Part shown: positions 9,905-19,667 of the stretch, piece after piece
Position numbering within the stretch: position 1 is the first letter of the stretch
How the letters are laid out: every line of letters starts with the position of its first letter
Assembly: GCA_016208855.1 (NCBI GenBank)
Contig: JACQXF010000078.1
Location: 3,491-67,490, forward strand
DNA from: Nitrospirota bacterium
Lineage (GTDB): Bacteria; Nitrospirota; Thermodesulfovibrionia; UBA6902; DSMQ01
Reading direction: 5' to 3'
DNA length: 64,000 nucleotides
Program-made: the position numbers and the translations under genes
The notes under the pieces: generated by a model
What the model was told of the DNA's origin: nothing
Databases searched by the model: none
Seen by the model: the letters and a program-made list of their open reading frames with translations, nothing else

Positions 9905-10098
9905 TTATAGTTTATGAATAATCTGGGTTAGATATGTGTCTACGTTTCTCGGAAAATAAAAACGCACCTGCCTCCAACTCACTTGACTACGAAATACCTG
10001 AAAGAGAGAGATAATATCAGCGAAGAAGTCGAAAAAATATGCAGTTTGTTAAGGAAGGAGCAATTAATGTTAATAAGTAAGCCCGACCCCATGCTCCC

Positions 10099-10809
10099 AT
10101 GCAGGTCGTGTTTGAAGAGTATTTAGAGAGGGGAGGTTTTCCCAATCTGTTTGGCATCAAAGAGCCTCTGCTTTGGAAGCGGCTTGCGAGAGAAGATATT
10201 GTTGAGAAGGTCATCTACAGGGATATGGTTGAGTTATATGATATAAAGAAACCCGAGGTGCTTGAAAGGCTTTTTTTGTATTTGACCGGCATAACATCCC
10301 AAATCCTGAGCGTCTCCAATATTGCAAACTCACTCGGCCTCAGCCGTGAATACACTGAAAAATATCTTTATTATCTGGAACAGGCGATTCTCATAAAGAG
10401 GCTAAATAAATACGCTAAATCGATTGGAAAGAGCATCAGAAGTTCTGAAAAGGTTCATGTTTTGGACAGCGGATTGATAAATGCATTTTCAAGAATTGAA
10501 ACAGGGCATGCAGTGGAGACAGTTGTTGCAAGCCACCTTTTAAGAGCAAAGGAGGCTGAAATATATTATTGCAGGGAGAGATATGAGGTTGATGTGGTGA
10601 TGGCAATTGGCAGGAAGCTATATCCAATAGAGATTAAATATAAAGACAATATTACAAAGCAAGATTTGAGAGGAGTTGAGGCTTTTTGCAAGTCGTTCAG
10701 TCCGAAAAAAACGATAATAGTAAGCCGTGATGTTTTTAAAGAGGAGACATTAAACGGCTGCAAAGCATTGTTTATTCCTGCATGGTTGTTTGTTTTGCTC
10801 ATAGGATAA
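10099..10809 (+). pseudogene. Truncated COG1373/DUF4143 ATPase lacking the N-terminal P-loop domain
   Basis: The 236 aa match only the C-terminal portion of the neighbouring ATPases (YRDMVELYDIKKPE..., DUF4143 part). There is no Walker A. The upstream 9.66-10.1 kb holds the IR element and no intact N-terminus. Confidence 0.55.
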
Positions 10810-11011
10810 AACAATGAGCATGAAAAAACGACGAATGGAACAATTTGATAATTAACGACTTATCCCCGTAAGATGGCACTTAATCCACCCAAACTTAAGC
10901 CGTCCAGTGGCTTTAGAAGTTTGCCTATTTACAGGCATAATCTGTGATCTATTACGGCACAAATTGTAAATGGCATTGACAATTTGTGCTTAAAAGGGTA
11001 GCATATTTTCC

Positions 11012-12163
11012 ATGATTAATAGAAATGCCCATAACGCCCTAAAACGCTTGGCGCGCGGTTTCCCTGTAGTGACGCTTACCGGCCCTCGTCAGTCAGGCAA
11101 AACAACACTTGCAAAGATGGCATTCCCTACCAAACCCTATATTTCTCTTGAGGACCCTGATATACGAAGCATGGCAGAGGAAGACCCCCGCGGACTTCTG
11201 TCCAAATTTCCTGATGGGGCCGTATTGGATGAGGTGCAGCGTGCCCCGCATCTCTTCTCTTACCTACAGACACATATAGATGCTGATATGCGTCCAGGCA
11301 TGTTTGTGCTGACAGGCTCACAACAGTTCGGCCTGCTGTCAGGCATAAGTCAGTCCCTTGCCGGAAGAGTTGGGATGGTGCAGCTTCTTCCATTTTCCAT
11401 CAGCGAACTGAAGGCTGCCAAACGCCTTCCAGCAACCCTTGATGAACTATTATTCAGAGGTCTCTATCCTCCAATTTATGACCGTGACATTATGCCAGGC
11501 GACTGGTTTGCGGGCTACATGACCACTTATATAGAGAGAGATGTTAGGCAGCTTATCAATGTGCGTGACATTTCCACCTTTCAGAGGTTTTTAAAGATGT
11601 GCGCTGCGCGGATAGGACAACTGCTTAACCTTTCTTCTCTTGCTGCTGACTGCGGCATTACCCACAACACGGCATCTGCATGGATATCTGTGTTGGAGGC
11701 GAGTTATATTGTATGCCTGCTCAGGCCGCATCACCGCAACTTCAATAAACGCCTTGTCAAGTCGCCCAAGCTGTACTTTGTGGACGCTGGATTTGCGGCA
11801 TGGTTGCTTGGAATCAGAGAGGCAGAATATATCTCTTTTCATGCCCAACGAGGCGCACTATTTGAAAATCTTGTAATAACTGAGTTTATAAAGGAATGTT
11901 TCAATCAGGGACGTCAGTCCAATCTCTTTTTCTGGCGCGACAGCAAAGGCCTGGGAATTGATCTGATATTGGAAGAAGGCGACAACCTAAAGCCTGTTGA
12001 GATCAAATCAGGACAGACTATTGTCCCGGAATTTCTTACCGGCTTGCAGAAATGGTCTGTCTTATCCGGAAATCCAAAACGTCCTGCTATGCTTATATAT
12101 GGCGGAGAGAGGGAACTTACTAAAGGGAACATTGCCATAATGCCATGGAAGAAATTGCCGTGA
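11012..12163 (+). CDS. AAA+ ATPase, COG1373 family (AAA_14 + DUF4143)
   Basis: Walker A GPRQSGKTT, LDEVQ. Confidence 0.75.
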   Translation: MINRNAHNALKRLARGFPVVTLTGPRQSGKTTLAKMAFPTKPYISLEDPDIRSMAEEDPRGLLSKFPDGAVLDEVQRAPHLFSYLQTHIDADMRPGMFVLTGSQQFGLLSGISQSLAGRVGMVQLLPFSISELKAAKRLPATLDELLFRGLYPPIYDRDIMPGDWFAGYMTTYIERDVRQLINVRDISTFQRFLKMCAARIGQLLNLSSLAADCGITHNTASAWISVLEASYIVCLLRPHHRNFNKRLVKSPKLYFVDAGFAAWLLGIREAEYISFHAQRGALFENLVITEFIKECFNQGRQSNLFFWRDSKGLGIDLILEEGDNLKPVEIKSGQTIVPEFLTGLQKWSVLSGNPKRPAMLIYGGERELTKGNIAIMPWKKLP

Positions 12164-12171
12164 CTCCTCTC

Positions 12172-12543
12172 TTATTTAGACATCAACAAACTGCCCAGAT
12201 TCTTCGTCTTATATACTGAGACGAAGATGAAAAGAAAAATGGCCGATAATCCTTTTTCAAAGCCTCCGCCAAGACTTCCGAGCATCTTTTTTGAGAGCGC
12301 AAGGGCAAGGCTTTCTTCAAGCGAAAGATTTGGCTTTGAAAGGCTGTATCCTTCGCTAAATACATAGCTGTCCTTCTGCCTGTCATAGACAAGAGGAAAG
12401 CCTGCCACCTGCAGTGTCTGTATATAGCGGTATGCCGTCCTCTCACTTACCTCAAGGTCGTTCATGAGGGTCTTGGATGTAACCTTCTCTTTTCCGTCAA
12501 TTTTATTGAGTATTGTTATCAGGGAATCAAACTTATAAGACAT
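12172..12543 (-). pseudogene. Truncated HTH/WYL-type transcriptional regulator (N-terminal DeoR-like HTH only)
   Basis: LMNDLEVSERTAYRYIQTLQVAGFPLVYDRQKDSYVF resembles the HTH_11 + WYL N-terminus. The ORF is only 123 aa with a non-homologous tail. Confidence 0.4.
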
Positions 12544-12622
12544 GGTGTATCCTCCGTATCTAATAATCTTAGAAGGATATTACCATATCTTACTGACAAC
12601 AGCCTGTCAGGAGGGATGGATG

Positions 12623-13909
12623 CTATCTATGAAGCTTATCAAAAAAGCTTTCGTATATCTTCCAGAATGGCAATATGTATATATTGTCTAACTGCCTTTC
12701 TGTGTCATAGGTTACGATGTATCCTTTATTAATATTGAATCTCTTCATTGTCATACGAAGCCCCTCTATTTCTCTATTGATATTTGGCTCTCCAATCTCA
12801 TATGAAACCTGAACTGCATACAGTCTCTTGCCTTTCTTTAAGATAAAATCGCATTCTTTGTGTTCCTGGTAAAAGTAGAGCTCCTCAAAACCATTTTTGA
12901 GAAACTCCGTATAAACGGCATTCTCCAAGAGCCTTCCTTTGTTGTCAGAAAACTTAAATGAAACTGTATTTAAGAAACTGTTGTCAACACAGTATGCTTT
13001 CTTTTTAGACCTTGATTGAACCTTAAGAGAATAGGAAAAATTTCTTATTTCATGCATAAGAAAGCTGTCCTCAAGAATACTAACAAAGTCTTTAATGGTG
13101 TTCTCGTTGCTTCCTATTGCCCGTGCAAGGCTGTTATAAGAATAGGACGCTGAAATATTTGAGACCAGATATAACGCAAGTTCCTTGAATGTCTTTATAT
13201 CTCTTATATTGCGGCTTGTAACGCAGTCTTTAAGAATTATTGTCTCATAATACGATAGGAGTATTTCTCTCTTTAAATCCGTATCTTTAGTTTTATATAC
13301 CTCAGGGAAAGAGCCATAAAATAAGATGTCATCCAGAATGTTTAATACTGTAGGTTTATTGCTAACAAGGTCTTTATATGTTTCTATGCCCTGAGCCTTC
13401 AGAGCCTCACGGAATGATAATGGATAAACATAATCTATTATATATCTGCCTGATAATAGTCTCGCATAACCTCCTTTCAGAAGAGACGAATTTGAACCTG
13501 TGATAAATATCTTTTTAAACATTTCAGCATCGTATGCGCTCTTGACAAATCTCTCCCAGCCAGATACATTCTGAACTTCATCAAGAAAGAGAAATCTTGT
13601 CTTTTTCCTTGTAATCTTCTCCGAGGTTTCAATGACCCTGTATAGCTCTTTTGCGTCTCTCCATACCTCAGAAAAGAAAGGGTCGTCAAGATTTACATAG
13701 AGAATGCTTTGGGACTCAATGCTCTCTAATAGGTGATTTATCAAAAGCTTAAAAAGGGTTGATTTTCCGCTTCTTCTTACCCCAAGCAGAACCTGAATTT
13801 CCTTTGCCTTTGTTTTTTTTATAATAGAGGCGAGCAAGTCACGATCAAATAGGGGAGCGTATTTCTTCCCAAACCAATGCTTATTTTGTGTTATTATGGC
13901 TTGTTCCAT
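12623..13909 (-). CDS. AAA+ ATPase, COG1373 family (AAA_14 + DUF4143)
   Basis: Walker A GVRRSGKST, FLDEVQ. Confidence 0.75.
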   Translation of the reverse strand: MEQAIITQNKHWFGKKYAPLFDRDLLASIIKKTKAKEIQVLLGVRRSGKSTLFKLLINHLLESIESQSILYVNLDDPFFSEVWRDAKELYRVIETSEKITRKKTRFLFLDEVQNVSGWERFVKSAYDAEMFKKIFITGSNSSLLKGGYARLLSGRYIIDYVYPLSFREALKAQGIETYKDLVSNKPTVLNILDDILFYGSFPEVYKTKDTDLKREILLSYYETIILKDCVTSRNIRDIKTFKELALYLVSNISASYSYNSLARAIGSNENTIKDFVSILEDSFLMHEIRNFSYSLKVQSRSKKKAYCVDNSFLNTVSFKFSDNKGRLLENAVYTEFLKNGFEELYFYQEHKECDFILKKGKRLYAVQVSYEIGEPNINREIEGLRMTMKRFNINKGYIVTYDTERQLDNIYILPFWKIYESFFDKLHR

Positions 13910-14103
13910 TTTACTATTTTATGATTAGTAATTTCATATCATTATACTAATTATAATTAGTAATTTCCATATTTTCGTTCAATATCTATATTGAGAAGTC
14001 CATCTGTAAGGTTTAGTTGATACAATGAGAAAGCCGTTAAGGGGAGGATTATTTCTTAGGGGCTATTTATTAACCTTTGTAAAGGGTAAAAATCGCTTCC
14101 AGT

Positions 14104-14505
14104 TTATACTCGCCTTAAAAGCTTGTTCAGTTCTTCATCAAATGAAAATAGATGGTCGCCGCTATTTAGAGTCTTTGCAGCCAAAATACAATCCACAATG
14201 TCAACATTGCTATCAGAAAAAAGTGTCAATGCATGGATAAGCTCTCTCTGGTCGTCGTTAGCGATTCCTTTATAGTGCAGGATGTCTATTAAACTCCCCG
14301 CTGACTGTTCCTTGGGAACCTTGTATATCTTTGTCAGGACATAGACACACTCAGCAATAACGCTTTCAAGGATTATTGCCTTTTCGCTTCCGTTTTTGAC
14401 TTTATCAAAAAAGGCTTTAGATCTTGCATGCAGGGAGGCATTGTCGCCTATAAGATAGCGGACTATTGTGTTAGTGTCAGGAAGACTTTTTGCCGGTTTT
14501 TTCAC
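14104..14505 (-). CDS. vapC: PIN-domain toxin (VapC-like)
   Basis: Acidic PIN residues (PDTN, DIVD, SFDEE). Overlaps the upstream antitoxin gene. Probable GTG start. Confidence 0.7.
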   Translation of the reverse strand: MKKPAKSLPDTNTIVRYLIGDNASLHARSKAFFDKVKNGSEKAIILESVIAECVYVLTKIYKVPKEQSAGSLIDILHYKGIANDDQRELIHALTLFSDSNVDIVDCILAAKTLNSGDHLFSFDEELNKLLRRV

Positions 14506-14731
14506 GCACCGCTTCCCCCCACGCCTTGTCTTTCATCTGTTTCATTGTCATGTCAGGCCTAAGATTTTTTGCGTATTCTCTTAGGGAACCAGCCGCATCC
14601 CGAACCGGCTTTACTGTAACAGTATCATCTTCAACTTCAAAATAAACCGTGTTTGTCTTAAGTTTATCCCTTATTTCCTTAGGAATCGTAACCTGACCTT
14701 TGCTTGTTATCTTTACTGCCGCTGTTGTCAT
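14477..14731 (-). CDS. vapB: AbrB/MazE/SpoVT-family antitoxin (VapB-like)
   Basis: N-terminal swapped-hairpin motif KGQVTIPKEIRDKL. 84 aa. Overlaps vapC by 29 nt. Confidence 0.65.
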   Translation of the reverse strand: MTTAAVKITSKGQVTIPKEIRDKLKTNTVYFEVEDDTVTVKPVRDAAGSLREYAKNLRPDMTMKQMKDKAWGEAVREKTGKKSS

Positions 14732-14908
14732 TTATTCTTACCTTACCTTTATATTATGTATTACTTAATAAAATAGTAATGCTTATTGATACTTTTGTCA
14801 ATAGAACAAATTGCCATCAAAAATCTATATGAAACCGAGTGGTTCTTTTGACTTCTCTGTCTTAACAAATGTATTATTATTTAAAATTAAAAACCGAGGA
14901 ATTTATAA

Positions 14909-15785
14909 TATGGCAAAGGCTTTAAAATTAGGACTTCCAAAGGGCAGCCTTCAAGAGGCGACACTAAAGCTCTTTAAAAAAGCAGGCTATCATATAAATG
15001 TATCAAGCCGTTCCTATTATCCTGTTTTTGATGACCCTGAGATAGGCTCAATGCTAATCAGGGCGCAGGAGATGGCAAGATATGTAGAGGATGGCCATCT
15101 GGACTGCGGGCTTACAGGACTTGACTGGGTGCTTGAGCAGGATGCGGATATTGTTGAGGTTTCAGAGTTGATTTATGGTAAGGAAGGATTCCGCCCTGTT
15201 AAATGGGTTATTGCTGTCCCTGTTGACTCAAAGGTAAAGTCCGTTAAAGACCTTCAGGGCAAGCGCATTGCCACTGAGCTTGTAGAGTTTACTAAAAGAT
15301 ACCTTAAATCAAAAGGGGTAAAATCGGATGTAGACTTCTCATGGGGCGCAACCGAGGTAAAGCCCCCTAATCTTGCCGATGCAATAGTTGAGCTCACAGA
15401 GACAGGCACATCTCTAAGGGCTAATAATCTGAGGATAGTTGAGACAATACTTGAATCCACTACCCGCTTTATTGCAAACAAAAAGGCGTGGCAGGACAAA
15501 TGGAAACGGCAGAAGATGGAGAATATCGTGCTACTGCTGCAAGGCGCCTTGGCAGCAGAAGATAAGGTTGGTCTTAAAATGAACGTACAGGAGGCATCAT
15601 TTAAAAGAGTAATGAGCCTGCTTTCTTCCCTGCACTCTCCTACAATCTCCCAGCTCTCTGATAAAGGATGGTATGCCCTTGAGGTTATAATCAAGGAAGG
15701 GCTAGTGCGCGACCTTATCCCTAAGCTCAAGTCAGCAGGCGCAGAGGGTATTGTGGAGTATCCGCTGAATAAAGTAATTCCATAG
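14909..15785 (+). CDS. hisG: ATP phosphoribosyltransferase (long form)
   Basis: [16 protein letters not shown]...[19 protein letters not shown] precedes the ATG at 14909. The ORF-track start at 14811 is an upstream in-frame extension. Confidence 0.85.
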
Positions 15786-15788
15786 CAC

Positions 15789-16838
15789 ATGGATATTAAA
15801 TCGCTTGTAAAACCAAACGTCCGCTCCCTCAACGCCTATGAAGCTAAAGAAATTCCGTGCAAAGTAAAGCTTGACGCTAATGAGTCGCCTTATGGATTCA
15901 GAAATGCTATAAAAGCAGCAGATAAAATCCTTACCAACCGCTACCCTGACCCTGAGGCAAAAGCATTAAGAGGGCTCATCGCAAAAAAGTTTAAGGTAAA
16001 GCCGGAAAACCTCCTTTTTGGCAATGGCTCTGATGAGCTTATTTATTATCTGATTACTACATTTGGAGGGCCTGTGCTTTATCCAACCCCTACATTTTCA
16101 ATGTATGGAATTATTTCCCAGGCTCTTGGAGAGAGAAAGGTTGAGATTCCGCTTGATAGAGAGTTTGACCTTGATATTGAGAAGATGCTTGGCGCAATAA
16201 AAAAATTCAAGCCAAGATTAATCTTTATAAGCTCTCCTAATAACCCTACAGGCAATTGCTTCTCTTCAGAGAAGATTTTAAAAATCTTGTCACTCGTTAC
16301 TCGTCACTCGTCACTTGTTGTAGTTGACGAGGCATATCAGCCTTTTGCAAGCGAGGAAGGTTTTCTGCCCATGCTAAAGGATTATAAGAATCTCATTATC
16401 TTAAGAACTCTGAGCAAAATCGGGCTTGCAGGCTTAAGGGTAGGGTTTATGATAGCTGATGAAGAAATAATTAATGAGGCAAATAAAGTAAGGCTTCCCT
16501 TTAATATCAACTCACTCTCTCAGGCAGTAGCAGCAGAGGCATTGAAGCATAGAAAGGCTATGGACTCTTATATAAAGGCTGTCGCCTCTGAAAGAGAAAG
16601 GCTCTTTGATGAGCTCTCAAAGATAAACGGCACAACCCCCTATCCAACAGAGGCTAATTTTATATTGTTCAAGACAGAAAATCCTGATAGAATCTATAGC
16701 AGGCTTCTTAAGAAAGGTGTGCTTGTGAGAAACCTTAATAGTCTTGTTAAAGGATGCCTTAGGGTAACAGTGGGAACGCCGGAGGAAAACAGAGAGTTTC
16801 TTAATGCCATAAGAAAATGCCTCAAAAAGGAGAACTAA
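15789..16838 (+). CDS. hisC: Histidinol-phosphate aminotransferase
   Basis: Class-II aminotransferase fold (NPTG, the PLP Lys in SKIGLAGLRVG). Follows hisG. Contains an in-frame heptamer repeat at 16290-16317. Confidence 0.85.
   Translation: MDIKSLVKPNVRSLNAYEAKEIPCKVKLDANESPYGFRNAIKAADKILTNRYPDPEAKALRGLIAKKFKVKPENLLFGNGSDELIYYLITTFGGPVLYPTPTFSMYGIISQALGERKVEIPLDREFDLDIEKMLGAIKKFKPRLIFISSPNNPTGNCFSSEKILKILSLVTRHSSLVVVDEAYQPFASEEGFLPMLKDYKNLIILRTLSKIGLAGLRVGFMIADEEIINEANKVRLPFNINSLSQAVAAEALKHRKAMDSYIKAVASERERLFDELSKINGTTPYPTEANFILFKTENPDRIYSRLLKKGVLVRNLNSLVKGCLRVTVGTPEENREFLNAIRKCLKKEN
16290..16317 (+). repeat. In-frame heptamer tandem repeat inside hisC, identical 19-mer to the one in fabF
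   Basis: tcactcgttactcgtcactcgtcacttg shares actcgtcactcgtcacttg with fabF 58851-58869. Both translate to ...TRHSSL... Confidence 0.85.
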
Positions 16839-17426
16839 ATGCGTAAAGCAAAGATAGAGAGAAAGACAAAAGAGACAGATATAAAAATAAGCCTTAATCT
16901 TAACGGAAAGGGAGTTTACAAGATAAACACCTCAATCCCTTTCCTTGACCATATGCTCAGCCTTATGGCAAAGCATGGGCATCTGGACATTAATATTGAC
17001 GCCACAGGAGATATTGAGGTTGATTATCACCATCTGATAGAGGATGTAGGGATTGTCCTTGGAGATGCCATAAAAAAGGCGCTTGGAGAAAAAGAGAGGA
17101 TTAGGAGATACGGCGAGGCCCTTACGCCAATGGACGAAAGCCTTGCTCAGGTAGCCTTAGACCTTAGCGGAAGGCCGTATCTAATATATAAAGTTAAACT
17201 GCCAAAAGATAGCTCCATGGGAGGCTATGGGATGTCCATCTTTGAGGACTTCTTCAGGGCGCTCTCAAACCACGCAGGCATGAACCTCCATATAATCCTT
17301 CATTACGGCCGCGACCCGCACCATATACTTGAGGCTATATTTAAGGGCTTTGGCAGGGCTCTCAACACCGCGGTCGAGATTCTTCCAAAGACAACAGGTG
17401 TTCCTTCAACAAAAGGTGCGTTGTAG
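16839..17426 (+). CDS. hisB: Imidazoleglycerol-phosphate dehydratase
   Basis: IPFLDHMLSLMAKHG...DYHHLIEDVGIVLG is the IGPD signature. Confidence 0.9.
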   Translation: MRKAKIERKTKETDIKISLNLNGKGVYKINTSIPFLDHMLSLMAKHGHLDINIDATGDIEVDYHHLIEDVGIVLGDAIKKALGEKERIRRYGEALTPMDESLAQVALDLSGRPYLIYKVKLPKDSSMGGYGMSIFEDFFRALSNHAGMNLHIILHYGRDPHHILEAIFKGFGRALNTAVEILPKTTGVPSTKGAL

Positions 17427-17433
17427 GAATTTC

Positions 17434-17467
17434 CGTAAGACGTGAAACGTAAGACGTAAGACGAAAC
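17434..17467. repeat. Intergenic heptamer tandem repeat (cgtaaga/acgtaag, 3 copies) downstream of hisB
   Basis: cgtaagacgtgaaacgtaagacgtaagacgaaac, followed by the hairpin gacgtaag...cttacgtc. Confidence 0.6.
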
Positions 17468-17544
17468 AGCGCCTTACGTCTGCGGTCCGTATAAATATCA
17501 TAACTCGCTCCATTTACTAAGAACTAACATAACAAAGCCTCATA

Positions 17545-17645
17545 GTCGTCATTCCGGGCTTGAACCGGAATCCAGTATTTTCCTGATGTTTCTGGATTCC
17601 CGCTGGAGCCTGCCCTCGAATGTCGTAATCGGGGGCGGGAATGAC
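17545..17645. repeat. Hairpin-rich element related to both repeat families
   Basis: gtcattccgggcttgaaccggaatcc hairpin. The distal cgtaatcgggggcgggaatgac is the reverse complement of the core of element B. Confidence 0.5.
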
Positions 17646-17700
17646 AAAAAAGGTGTAGGTTAAATTTTCCCCTATATCTGCCGATAAATATATAGCAGCC

Positions 17701-18528
17701 ATGGACAATAACTTAAGACTATTTGTACAGAGGATTACCAAACTTCCGACCATCCCTGTTATTGCACAGGAGATATTAAATCTCGTGGATGATGAATTAT
17801 CCACTGTGGGAAGGCTGGAGGAGATTATTGCAAACGACCCTCCTATATCAGCAAAGGTCCTGAGCTTTGCAAATTCAGCCTTTTTTGGGTACAAAAACAA
17901 AATAGGCATAAGAGACGCAATTATGCGGATTGGCTATAACAACGTAAAAAACATAGCCGTTGGGATATCCATGTTAAGCCTCTTTGAAAACGGTAAAAAC
18001 CCAAACCCGGGCTACCAAAAGATATTTGAACACTCGGTATCTGTGGGAAAAATCTCCAGACTCTTAATCAAGAACTTTGGCATAAGCGTCCAGAATGAGA
18101 TATTCCTTGGCGGACTGATGCACGATTTAGGTTTTTTTGTATTAAATAAATATTTCTCGGATGACTATGAAAATATAGTCAGAGAATTAACAAAAGAAAC
18201 GCCTGCGCTGGAGGCAGAAAAGGCAGTATTAAACTTTACCCACGCTGATATAGGGGTATGGCTGGCAGATAACTGGAACCTTCCTAACGGCATCCATGAG
18301 ATAATACATCTTCACCATGCACCATCCCTTGCTAAAGAGAGCGCAAAGCAGGTTGCCTTGATACACCTCGCAGATTATGCAGCAAATGAAAATCTCTCCG
18401 GGATAATCAAAACAAAACTGAACTATCCCCTGGACAATGCAGCGCTTGAGATACTAAACATATCCCCTATAGACTTTAATGATTTTATGCTGGAGGCAAG
18501 CTTAATAGATGAACCATCTGGTGTTTGA
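17701..18528 (+). CDS. HDOD-domain signalling protein
   Basis: HDOD-like pattern (LPTIPVIAQEILNLVDD...GLMHDLGFFVL). Confidence 0.7.
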   Translation: MDNNLRLFVQRITKLPTIPVIAQEILNLVDDELSTVGRLEEIIANDPPISAKVLSFANSAFFGYKNKIGIRDAIMRIGYNNVKNIAVGISMLSLFENGKNPNPGYQKIFEHSVSVGKISRLLIKNFGISVQNEIFLGGLMHDLGFFVLNKYFSDDYENIVRELTKETPALEAEKAVLNFTHADIGVWLADNWNLPNGIHEIIHLHHAPSLAKESAKQVALIHLADYAANENLSGIIKTKLNYPLDNAALEILNISPIDFNDFMLEASLIDEPSGV

Positions 18529-19660
18529 AAAAAAATACTTAGATTCATTTCATGAAATAGAGAAATACTACGAACTCTCAATAAGGGGGTTCTCTGCCCT
18601 TGTCAAGCTCTGCAGGCTGGATGAGAAGACAAAAGATACGGGGCAGCTCTGCGGGGAGATACTGCAGATATTCACTCAGGAGCTTGAGTTTGAAAACACC
18701 TCCATAATGCTCCGTGACGAAAATAACTGCCTTACATTAGCAGCAGGAAAAGGGAAGGGCGACAAGTATTTTGCTTTAGAAAAAAACGACAGTAAGAGAA
18801 AGATACGGATAGGGGAAGGTGTTGCAGGGAAAGTAGCGAAAACCGGAGAATATATTTATATCCCTGATGCCGCAAAAGACAAACGGTTTAAAACAATTGG
18901 CGATATGAAGGTTAAGGTCGCCTCCCTGCTGACCGTTCCTTTAAAAAGCGACAATAAGGTAATAGGCGTAATAAACTTCAGCCATCCTCTGCCTCACGCC
19001 TATAATGAAAATACTATAAATATGCTCTCAATTATGGGAAACTTTGTCGGACAGATAATTACCATGACAGAGCTCTATAACAAGACAACCGGCCTTAACA
19101 AGGCGCTTGAAAGAAAGGTGCAGGAAACGACAATAGAGTTAGAAAAAAGAAACAAGAAACTGCAAAAAAGCGCTATTACAGACCCCCTGACAGGACTGTA
19201 TAACAGGCGGTTCTTTTTTAAACGCCTCGAAGAGGAATTCGCAAGGGCAAAAAGATATAAGGAACACTTCTCCCTGCTTTTATTTGATATTGACAACCTT
19301 AAACCCGTAAACGATACCTATGGGCATGCAGCAGGGGATAAGGTTATAAAGGCAACAGCAAAACTCCTCAAGGAAACAGGCAGAGAGAGCGACATTGCCG
19401 GCAGATTAGGAGGCGATGAATTCGGCTATATAATGCTTGTTGCCTGCGTAGAAGACGCATTTGTTCTGGCGTCACGAATACAAAAGAAATTCTCAGAAGA
19501 GCCGTTTGACAATATGGATATAAAGCCAACCCTAAGCGTAGGCATTGCCTCTACAACATTAGGTCTTAATAATTTCAAAAATTACCACCAGTTCTTTGAA
19601 TCCACAGACGGCACATTATACGATGCAAAAAAAGAAAAAGACTCAATCTGCCTTTACTGA
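18509..19660 (+). CDS. GAF-domain diguanylate cyclase (GGDEF)
   Basis: C-terminal GGDEF domain with the RLGGDEFGYIM active-site motif. N-terminal GAF-like domain. Overlaps the HDOD gene by 20 nt. Confidence 0.8.
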   Translation: MNHLVFEKKYLDSFHEIEKYYELSIRGFSALVKLCRLDEKTKDTGQLCGEILQIFTQELEFENTSIMLRDENNCLTLAAGKGKGDKYFALEKNDSKRKIRIGEGVAGKVAKTGEYIYIPDAAKDKRFKTIGDMKVKVASLLTVPLKSDNKVIGVINFSHPLPHAYNENTINMLSIMGNFVGQIITMTELYNKTTGLNKALERKVQETTIELEKRNKKLQKSAITDPLTGLYNRRFFFKRLEEEFARAKRYKEHFSLLLFDIDNLKPVNDTYGHAAGDKVIKATAKLLKETGRESDIAGRLGGDEFGYIMLVACVEDAFVLASRIQKKFSEEPFDNMDIKPTLSVGIASTTLGLNNFKNYHQFFESTDGTLYDAKKEKDSICLY

Positions 19661-19667
19661 CGCCTGC

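Noticed and set aside
15254-15832. 192-aa minus-strand ORF antisense to hisG
   Set aside because: It lies entirely inside hisG on the opposite strand. Its Ser-rich shadow-frame product has no motifs.
17517-17909. 130-aa minus-strand ORF spanning the hisB-HDOD intergenic region
   Set aside because: It covers a repeat/hairpin element and overlaps the HDOD gene start on the opposite strand. It has no coding-like features.
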